A DNA stretch of 61,165 bases from Candidatus Hadarchaeota archaeon (GTDB lineage: Archaea > Hadarchaeota > Hadarchaeia > Hadarchaeales > Hadarchaeaceae). Location of the stretch: NCBI GenBank assembly GCA_964575725.1, contig CAZNRG010000001.1, positions 1 to 61,165 on the forward strand. Reading direction: 5' to 3'. This document shows positions 54,691-61,165 of the stretch, in pieces. The translations under genes and the position numbers were made by a program. The first letter of the stretch is position 1. Every line of letters starts with the position of its first letter. The notes beneath the pieces are model-generated. The model searched no databases and had not been told where the DNA came from. It saw only the letters and a list, made by a program, of their open reading frames with translations.

Positions 54691-56653
54691 CTATCAGGTA
54701 GCTAACGAACGCCACCACAGGGATTATCTCAAGGCGTCCGACTAGCATTTGAACTGTCATACTTATCTTCCCGGCTAGGGGCATCGCTGCTGAAGTTATC
54801 CCAACAGATAAGCCAACGTTTCCTTGGGCTGATGCCGACTCAAATACCGAGTTCATGGCTGGGTTGCCCACCGCCATCAGTACTATTGCGCCGGTTATCA
54901 GCACGATAATGTAGAGGAATGCGTAAATGGCGGTTTCCATCATTTCCTGTTCGGTGTAAATTCTACCTGATATTTTCATTGGAACCACCGCCCGCTGGGG
55001 TAAGAAACTGCGTTTGATCATCCAGTGGACCGACTTCACGATGATCACAGTTCGGATGAGCTTGATCGCGCTCGAGGTCGAGCCATACCCCCCGCCTATG
55101 ACCATAAGGATCGCGAGCAGGCCTTTCTGGGGGTCCCCCCACGTTGAGAGGGTGGCCGTGGAGAAGCCGGTCCCAGTCAGGGCAGAGGTAGATTGAAACA
55201 GGGCATGTCGCAACCCAACGCTCCAGATGAGCAGAAGCGTCGCCAGCGCTATCAGCACGAACATCAGCCGAACCTCGATGTTTCGGAAGAGATCCCGCCA
55301 TTGCCCAGCCATTACCCTGCGGTGGATCGCGAAGCTAATCGCGCCCGCCATCATTATCAAAATCGTAATCCCAAGCACAGGGGAGCCGTACCCGGCGAAA
55401 CTCGTGTTGCGCACGGAGAAGCCACCGGTGGCGATTCCCGTCATCGAGTGGTTCACCGCCTCAAAAAGCGATATGTTTGGCGCCCCTGCGAAGTACAGTC
55501 CGACGATGCCGAGAAGCGTGAGCAGCACATATATTTTCCATAGGGAACGGGCGGTCTCCCGGATGCTTGGCTCGATGCGCTCAGCCCGTGCCTCCGCAAC
55601 GTACATCTTTCGAGCCGCTCTCCCCGCACCAATAAGAGCTGCTAAGAAGAGGACGATCACACCCATACCGCCTACCCACTCGGTCAAGCTACGCCAGAAG
55701 AGGATTGTGCGGGGGCACGCCTCGACATTTCGAATGGGTGCTTCCCTCGCGCTAGATGAATTTTGAGGGGCGCGAAAACCACGGTGAAACACAAAATCGT
55801 TGGCGTTGTTGTTAGTCTCGTACCCGTTGCCTCTGCGTGAATCTAGTTTCATCATTCTCTCTGCGGTGGAGACCCCCCATGCCCTTCGTTCTAGGCTATC
55901 CCCCGCGGTGAGGTTGTTTGACACCTTTGTACCTTCGGTGGCATTGGTAACCGCGCCCGCCCCCCAGCCGACTCTATCTATTACCCCATTAGCGAGGTCG
56001 ATGTCATTGTCAATTATCACTCCACCGCTGTTGTCGAATTGCGCGAAGAAGGTCGCGTCTGCAGCAATATTATCCACGGCGTTGTCGCTCGCAAACAAGA
56101 AGTATCCATTGGCTGGTATGGTAAAATTCATCCAAGTGATGTTCAGGGTAGAAACGTTGTCGGATGAATTTACCAACCTCACCCTTAGCTTTTCACCGCC
56201 ACCGTAGAGGTTTTGTAGATTGATATCTGAGCCTGTTGGATTGTAAAGCTCTATGAATCCACCGCCTGCTGGGCCCAACAGGCCGACCTCGCTGATAACC
56301 ACGTTGGTCGCTATAGGGTCACCCGGAATCATCGTCAGGCCAGTCGCTGTAAAACCAGACATGCTCTCGAAGTAAGCATCTTCGGCTGACATATTGTTGC
56401 CAAACACATACGGCACTGAGCCGAAAGCTGCAAAGACGACCCAAGCGGAAGCGACGAGAACCATTGCCTTGCCCAGGGTTATCTCAGTGGGCTGAAAGCG
56501 TCGCCTGAGAAAAAACCCCAGCGCGAGGGCGATGGCTGCGGGGACTATGAAATACGGGAGCAAGTGGGTCTCGTTAGCCAGAAACGCCACTGGGATCGGC
56601 GCCAGCATTACCCCGCCTAGGATGAGCAGGATGAAACCCAAGAAATGCAGCAC
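54656..56653 (-). CDS. trkH: TrkH/KtrB-family K+ transporter with a ~200-aa extracellular insertion containing a lamin-tail domain
   Basis: Four pore-loop repeats (SMSGFTATGLT, SMTGIATGGFS, TSALTGTGFS, ASAQGNVGLS) and LFWRSLTEWVGGMGVIV. The insertion lies between the first pore loop and its M2 helix. Confidence 0.8.
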   Translation of the reverse strand: MLHFLGFILLILGGVMLAPIPVAFLANETHLLPYFIVPAAIALALGFFLRRRFQPTEITLGKAMVLVASAWVVFAAFGSVPYVFGNNMSAEDAYFESMSGFTATGLTMIPGDPIATNVVISEVGLLGPAGGGFIELYNPTGSDINLQNLYGGGEKLRVRLVNSSDNVSTLNITWMNFTIPANGYFLFASDNAVDNIAADATFFAQFDNSGGVIIDNDIDLANGVIDRVGWGAGAVTNATEGTKVSNNLTAGDSLERRAWGVSTAERMMKLDSRRGNGYETNNNANDFVFHRGFRAPQNSSSAREAPIRNVEACPRTILFWRSLTEWVGGMGVIVLFLAALIGAGRAARKMYVAEARAERIEPSIRETARSLWKIYVLLTLLGIVGLYFAGAPNISLFEAVNHSMTGIATGGFSVRNTSFAGYGSPVLGITILIMMAGAISFAIHRRVMAGQWRDLFRNIEVRLMFVLIALATLLLIWSVGLRHALFQSTSALTGTGFSTATLSTWGDPQKGLLAILMVIGGGYGSTSSAIKLIRTVIIVKSVHWMIKRSFLPQRAVVPMKISGRIYTEQEMMETAIYAFLYIIVLITGAIVLMAVGNPAMNSVFESASAQGNVGLSVGITSAAMPLAGKISMTVQMLVGRLEIIPVVAFVSYLIAKVPRPRRKPF
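55958..56308 (-). other. Lamin-tail-domain (LTD)-like segment inserted in TrkH
   Basis: VVISEVGLLGPAGGGFIELYNPTGSDINL...FTIPANGYFLFASDN...GGVIIDNDIDLANGVIDRVGWG matches the LTD hallmark (InE...EfIELyNp...l.pG.y.v.a). It is dense in N-x-S/T sequons. Confidence 0.65.
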
Positions 56654-56745
56654 CTTTCAACCCCCAGCGGTAATACCCTCACTCAACGTATTTATAAGGG
56701 ATTGCCACTTGGGGCCCAACCGTAGGTTTAAAACTTGAACATCGA

Positions 56746-57351
56746 ATGCTTAATTGTGGTGGGATGATGGAAACCCGGCGCGCGCTACGCGAAATTCTTA
56801 AACACCTACAGGATTCCTCGAAGAAACTTAAAAACAAACAAGTGAACGGCTTTATAGATGCATTGCTCAGCGCCAAGCGAGTCTTTGCCATAGGGGCCGG
56901 GCGCTCGGGCCTCGTCACGAAGGCCTTTGCCATGCGCTTGATGCACCTGGGCATCGATGTCCACGTGGTCGGGGAGACAATAACCCCTGCCATACGGGAC
57001 GACGATCTCTTAGTGGTCGTTTCCGGTTCAGGTGAAACCAGTTATGCTGTGAGTGCCGCAAAAATCGCTAAGGGAATAGGTACGAAAATTGCTGTCGTAA
57101 CCTCCTATCCACGATCCACCTTGGCGAAGCTGGCCGACCATGTAGTCACGCTCCCTGGCCGAACTAAAATCGCATCCATCAAGAGCTACTTAGATCGCCA
57201 AATCGTTGGTGAATATGAATCGCTCACGCCCTTAGGTACTCTTTTTGAGGTTACAGCGCTTGTCTTTCTGGATAGTGTGATCGCTGGCCTCATGGTGAAA
57301 CTCGGTCGGAATGAAGAGGAACTCTGGAAACGCCACGCCACCATCGAGTAA
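56746..57351 (+). CDS. 6-phospho-3-hexuloisomerase (SIS domain)
   Basis: RVFAIGAGRSGLVTKAFAMRLMHLGIDVHVVGETITPAI and DDLLVVVSGSGETS. Confidence 0.7.
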   Translation: MLNCGGMMETRRALREILKHLQDSSKKLKNKQVNGFIDALLSAKRVFAIGAGRSGLVTKAFAMRLMHLGIDVHVVGETITPAIRDDDLLVVVSGSGETSYAVSAAKIAKGIGTKIAVVTSYPRSTLAKLADHVVTLPGRTKIASIKSYLDRQIVGEYESLTPLGTLFEVTALVFLDSVIAGLMVKLGRNEEELWKRHATIE

Positions 57352-57693
57352 TCAGACTTTTTCCCCAGAGAGTTCTTGGAGTACCCCAACCCACGCGGTG
57401 TCGAAACCCTGTTCATCCTTAGGTCTGAACTTTCTCGAGAGTCTCGCGTGTGCACCCTTGATAAGTCCCACGACCTGCTCCTGTTTGTACTCCCCACCCA
57501 CTACGCGCTTGATCACCGATAGCTCGCCCCCTGCCTCGAGGGCCGCAAGCATGCCCTGCAGCGCCAGCAGGTAGCCTCGCCCGAACTCATCGTTTGGGTC
57601 AAATCTGCTCTTGGTTTGCTCGAGCCATTCCCTAGCCTTTTTTGTATCTCTTTCCCTGAGAGTGCGGGCGAAGGGTTTCAGGTCCAACTCCAT
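57352..57693 (-). CDS. Hypothetical protein (113 aa, helical)
   Basis: ORF only. It lies immediately downstream of the UPF0147-like gene on the same strand. Confidence 0.4.
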   Translation of the reverse strand: MELDLKPFARTLRERDTKKAREWLEQTKSRFDPNDEFGRGYLLALQGMLAALEAGGELSVIKRVVGGEYKQEQVVGLIKGAHARLSRKFRPKDEQGFDTAWVGVLQELSGEKV

Positions 57694-57713
57694 GCTGTCA
57701 CCAGGACTTTACC

Positions 57714-57980
57714 TCACTCTCGAACTGTCTCCAAGACGCTGAGGGCGCCCCATATCGTCGTCCGGGTATGAATAGGCATATTCGGGTCGTTGCTTATCTC
57801 ATCTAGAATCATCATCGCCGTGGAAGCATTGACCACTGGGTCGTCCTCTCGCTTCAACAGAGCATCCCTAGCTTCGTTTGCAGCTCTTCGGATGTTGCGG
57901 GGGACTGAGGTATCCTCTGCCACGCGCGCCATAATTTCCGCTACCTGCCTTAGCTTGGCATCTGAGGACACGGTTATCAC
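57714..57980 (-). CDS. UPF0147-family small archaeal protein
   Basis: [22 protein letters not shown]...[20 protein letters not shown] has the VPRNIRR and NDPN motifs typical of UPF0147 (COG1698). Confidence 0.6.
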   Translation of the reverse strand: MITVSSDAKLRQVAEIMARVAEDTSVPRNIRRAANEARDALLKREDDPVVNASTAMMILDEISNDPNMPIHTRTTIWGALSVLETVRE

Positions 57981-58042
57981 CCGCTCGCATATCTAATCCA
58001 CTTAATTTTAAGGAGGGGGCTTCATAAAGGGTTTGGGGTCGG

Positions 58043-58369
58043 ATGCAGGACGATAAGATAGCAAAAATGACGGAGATGCTCCTAGCGGGGGGAAAGATGC
58101 TCTCGGTACACTGCGGTACCTGTAAGGGGGCTCTCTTCGAGTTCAAAGGGAAAATTGTGTGTCCCGTGTGTGGGGAGAAGGCCGAGGCTGCAAAAGCCGA
58201 GGCTAAGCCCAAAGTTGCCCCCCCTGAGAAAGTCGAAAGCGTCCTGCGTGCTAAGCTCAACTCGCTGTCCGATCAGCTCGAGCGCGAGACAGACCACGCC
58301 AAGACCTTAGAGCTGCTCGATCGCATCAAGTCCATCCTCGAAGTGCTTGAAAAGTTAAAGGAGGGGTGA
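58043..58369 (+). CDS. Zinc-ribbon protein of the UPF0148 / autoantigen-p27-like family
   Basis: MTEMLLAGGKMLSVHCGTCKGALFEFKGKIVCPVCGE, followed by a coiled-coil tail. Confidence 0.55.
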   Translation: MQDDKIAKMTEMLLAGGKMLSVHCGTCKGALFEFKGKIVCPVCGEKAEAAKAEAKPKVAPPEKVESVLRAKLNSLSDQLERETDHAKTLELLDRIKSILEVLEKLKEG

Positions 58370-58370
58370 A

Positions 58371-58607
58371 ATGAAGCGGGAAAAGATCCTTAAAGCACTG
58401 AAGGAGTCTGGGACGCCACTCGCTATCGAGGAGCTCTCCCAGCAAACCGGGATTGACATTGTCCACCTGCGAATCGACCTCTTCAGGCTGGCTGAGGAGG
58501 GAAAGGTCGAGCACAGGCAGCGGGCGAACAAGCACGTCTGGACGATAAAGGTGGGCACGGCTTTGGAACGACGCTATAAGAAGCTATCTAAAAAATATGC
58601 TCCGTGA
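58371..58607 (+). CDS. Small winged-helix protein (78 aa)
   Basis: ILKALKESGTPLAIEELSQQTGIDIVHLRIDLFRLAEEGKV. Starts 1 nt after the previous stop. Confidence 0.45.
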   Translation: MKREKILKALKESGTPLAIEELSQQTGIDIVHLRIDLFRLAEEGKVEHRQRANKHVWTIKVGTALERRYKKLSKKYAP

Positions 58608-58611
58608 TTAG

Positions 58612-59208
58612 TTGCTCTGGCTCGACCTAGCTAGGATCTTGGTGGCCGGCGTCGTGCTCGGCCTCGTGGTCGGCAAGCTCGTTGTACTGAGGCCCTCCTA
58701 CCTCGAGCGGATACGTCCACGTCATTGGTTACCCATCGCGCGGCGAATGCGGAGGCGGGAGTGGGTCAGGCTCATCTCAATTGCGCTCGCGTTCACCGCT
58801 GCGACCCTCGTTGTCGCGACCATAGTGGGGCAGGCCCTCCAAGGGGCCGGGGTGCAGCTTTACTCGAGGGAGGAATACCCATTCACGGCACTCGAGGAGC
58901 AGTACCCGTGGCTGTTGCTGATAGTGGTCAACGTGCTCCCCATCTTTGAGGAGTGGATATTTAGGGGCATCATTCTGGAAGAGGTCGCGCGGCGGGCCCG
59001 ATCGAAATGGTTGGGGGTAGTGGTCTCGACCTTGGTCTTTGCTGCGTTCCACCTCTCAAATCCTGGAACCTATCCGGCATTTGTGGTGCCCTTATTGGGG
59101 GCTGGACTCCTCTTGGGGGCTTGCTACCTGCGGAGCGGGCTTGCTGGAGCAATCATAACCCACAACGCCTACAACTCGATTTTGGTAATCCTTCCCCTGT
59201 TAAGTTGA
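58612..59208 (+). CDS. CPBP-family intramembrane glutamic endopeptidase (CAAX protease-like)
   Basis: The motifs are EEWIFRG, FAAFHL and HNAYN, each within a TM helix. Confidence 0.75.
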   Translation: MLWLDLARILVAGVVLGLVVGKLVVLRPSYLERIRPRHWLPIARRMRRREWVRLISIALAFTAATLVVATIVGQALQGAGVQLYSREEYPFTALEEQYPWLLLIVVNVLPIFEEWIFRGIILEEVARRARSKWLGVVVSTLVFAAFHLSNPGTYPAFVVPLLGAGLLLGACYLRSGLAGAIITHNAYNSILVILPLLS

Positions 59209-59225
59209 AGTTGAGAGTGATTTTG

Positions 59226-61165
59226 CTAGGAAAATCCCCGTGCCGCGATGACCGCCTGCCCCACAGAAATGCCTCCATCTCCAGGGGGTAAAAGCTCGTG
59301 TTGGATGAACCTCAATCCGGCTTTCTCGACCTCCTTGCGCACCTCCGCGGTAATCGCCCGGTTGTAGAACACTCCACCTGACCCCCCGACCACATCTATC
59401 TTTCTTAAGGAAGCTGCATCGATGGCAATCAACGCCAACCCTCTAGCGATGGCTCGCTGTGCCGCGGCAGCGATATGTCTGCGGGGAACTCGTGCCCGGA
59501 GGGCGCCGAGGATATCCACAAGCAACTGGGAGGTGTCAACGACCTTTTCCCCGTCAGCCTTTTCGATCGCGGGTTCTAACTTTACCTTTTTCACATCACC
59601 CTTGTTTGCCGCCGCCTCGAGCTTAATTGCAGGCTCGCCCTCGTAGGTCCGCTCACCGCATATGCCAAGCGAGCAGGCAATCGCATCTAGCACCCTGCCA
59701 CAGCTACTCGTGCGGAAGACGTTTACGTCTCGCTCCAGTTGCTGAAGGACCACACCCACTTCTCGCGCGCCATGCCTGAAACCATTCGTGCAAAACTTGC
59801 TAAGAACCCGCTCGAGTTCCTTACGCTTGAGGTGCTGCCATAAAATGCCTACAACCATGCGCGCCGGAAATTGCGTTGCTAAATCGCCGCCAGGCATACG
59901 TTGTTTTTTTAGCCCTCCTGCGTGCTCGAATGAGCTGAGTTTTGCGACCATGATTTCACCACCCCATATAGTGCCATCGCTCCCGTAGCCAACACCATCC
60001 GCCGCAATACCGATGAGCTCCCCGAGCCCGCGCTCGACCATGAGCGAGGCTAGGTGAGCATGATGATGCTGAACCGCAAAAGTTTTCGCTTTTAGTCTCC
60101 TCGCCATGCGCGGTGCAATCCTCGTGGTGGCGTAGTTCGGATGTAGATCGTGAGCAATCACATTCACCGATTCCAAATTTAATGTATGCATCAATTGCTC
60201 GGTTGCAGCCTGCATGTACTCAAGCGTCTCAACTTTTGTGGTGTCGCCGATATGCTGGCTGACAAAGCACCGATCACCCACCAAGACCGAAGCCGTGACG
60301 TTTAGCTCAGCCCCGATCGCCAGCACGTTTCGCCTACTCTTGAATGCTAGTTTTACTGGTTCTGGCACATATCCGCGTGAGCGTCGCAGAAACGTGGGTT
60401 TTCCTCCGATGAGCTTTACCACCGAATCATCGCACCTATTCACCACCACCCGATCGTGGAGCAGAAAATAATCGACTGCTTTATTCAGATCCATAATTGC
60501 CTCGACGTTATCGATTAGCATGGGTAAACCAGCAACGTTCGCGCTAGTCATTACGTACGCTGGGTCTTCGCCGTGACGCAGGAGGAGATGGTGGATGCCT
60601 GAGTAAGGCAGCATCACACCAATCGAGTCTAAGCCTGGAGCGACGAGTTCGGAGAGCATGTACTCTGGCAAACATTGGAGCACGAGAATCGGTCTTCGAT
60701 AAGAGGTCAGTGCCCTTGCTTCCTCCTCGCTGACCTCTGCAAAAGTTTTAACGGTTTTGAGATCTTTTGACATAACCGCTAATGGCTGCTGTGGACGATT
60801 GAACGCCTTCCGAATCCTGACGATAACCTCATCGTCGGTCGTCTTGGAGGCGACGTGGACCCCGCCGATTCCCTTCACCGCTACGATGTTACCCTCGTCG
60901 AGTAGCCTTGTGGCCTCACGAATGGGGTCGGTCGCATCAACGCGGCGCCCATCACCGTTGTAGAGTTCCATTCGGGGACCGCAAACTGGACAACAGGTTG
61001 GCTCAGCGTGATAGCGTCGGTCTGTGGGGTTTTGATATTCGTGCAAACAATCAACGCAAAGAGGGAATGCTTTCATCGACGTGCGGGGGCGATCGTAAGG
61101 GAGTTCCTCGATAATGGTAAAGCGCGGACCGCAGTTAACGCAGGTTATGAATGGGTAGTTGTGAC
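59226..61165 (-). CDS. hypF: [NiFe]-hydrogenase maturation carbamoyltransferase HypF (N-terminus beyond window edge)
   Basis: The frame stays open past the Met at 61076 to the window end (HNYPFITCVNCGPRFTIIEELPYDRPRTSM). Zn-finger repeats CVDCLHEY...CCPVCGP are followed by YrdC-like and Kae1-like domains (GIGGVH, AHDLHP, VQHHHAH). Confidence 0.85.
   Translation of the reverse strand, partial: HNYPFITCVNCGPRFTIIEELPYDRPRTSMKAFPLCVDCLHEYQNPTDRRYHAEPTCCPVCGPRMELYNGDGRRVDATDPIREATRLLDEGNIVAVKGIGGVHVASKTTDDEVIVRIRKAFNRPQQPLAVMSKDLKTVKTFAEVSEEEARALTSYRRPILVLQCLPEYMLSELVAPGLDSIGVMLPYSGIHHLLLRHGEDPAYVMTSANVAGLPMLIDNVEAIMDLNKAVDYFLLHDRVVVNRCDDSVVKLIGGKPTFLRRSRGYVPEPVKLAFKSRRNVLAIGAELNVTASVLVGDRCFVSQHIGDTTKVETLEYMQAATEQLMHTLNLESVNVIAHDLHPNYATTRIAPRMARRLKAKTFAVQHHHAHLASLMVERGLGELIGIAADGVGYGSDGTIWGGEIMVAKLSSFEHAGGLKKQRMPGGDLATQFPARMVVGILWQHLKRKELERVLSKFCTNGFRHGAREVGVVLQQLERDVNVFRTSSCGRVLDAIACSLGICGERTYEGEPAIKLEAAANKGDVKKVKLEPAIEKADGEKVVDTSQLLVDILGALRARVPRRHIAAAAQRAIARGLALIAIDAASLRKIDVVGGSGGVFYNRAITAEVRKEVEKAGLRFIQHELLPPGDGGISVGQAVIAARGFS

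Overview
The window is a gene-dense archaeal chromosomal segment. Archaeal markers include RadA, ABCE1, Sm/LSm, NMD3, L21e-RpoF-DUF655, SRP54, AglB/STT3, pantoate kinase and an archaeal-type ThrRS editing domain. About 70 genes sit on both strands, and most are housekeeping.

Reading left to right:
- A 5'-truncated AglB oligosaccharyltransferase, hisS and endonuclease IV.
- An inositol-lipid module: CDP-alcohol phosphatidyltransferase, PadR, myo-inositol-1-P synthase and a PfkB kinase.
- A proline-themed stretch: proS, an M24 Xaa-Pro peptidase, proB and proA.
- A CoA module: PPAT, CoaBC and pantoate kinase.
- ABCE1, an Sm protein, and a radA gene whose frame is broken by a 14-bp tandem duplication.
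- A small lower-GC module with a triplicated palindrome, a Cas2-like mini-ORF and a ParB/Srx-fold protein.
- thrS and NMD3.
- An 11.6-kb branched-chain amino acid supercluster: ilvB, ilvN, ilvC, ilvD, leuC, leuD, a divergent synthase and two beta-decarboxylating dehydrogenases.
- A low-GC islet with two winged-helix genes, then ubiX, a site-2 protease, tmk, an orphan PIN gene and an HD dNTPase-like gene.
- A roughly 10-kb sugar/compatible-solute island: two GT-B glycosyltransferases, a TreT-like enzyme, an alkaline-phosphatase-family protein, a GalT-like protein, an NDP-sugar pyrophosphorylase-cupin fusion and OtsB/OtsA, placed head-to-head with MscS.
- SRP54, L21e, RpoF, DUF655, a TrkH K+ transporter carrying an inserted lamin-tail domain, a 6-phospho-3-hexuloisomerase, several small conserved archaeal proteins, a CPBP protease and a truncated hypF.

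I found no rRNA, tRNA, CRISPR array, transposase or integrase. I do not see a complete, obviously novel multi-gene system.

The best leads are:
1. The palindrome / Cas2-like / ParB-fold module next to the broken radA.
2. The lamin-tail domain inserted in the first pore loop of TrkH.
3. The radA duplication itself.
4. The composite trehalose/glycosyltransferase island.

All functional calls come from motif recognition by eye. No database search was run.
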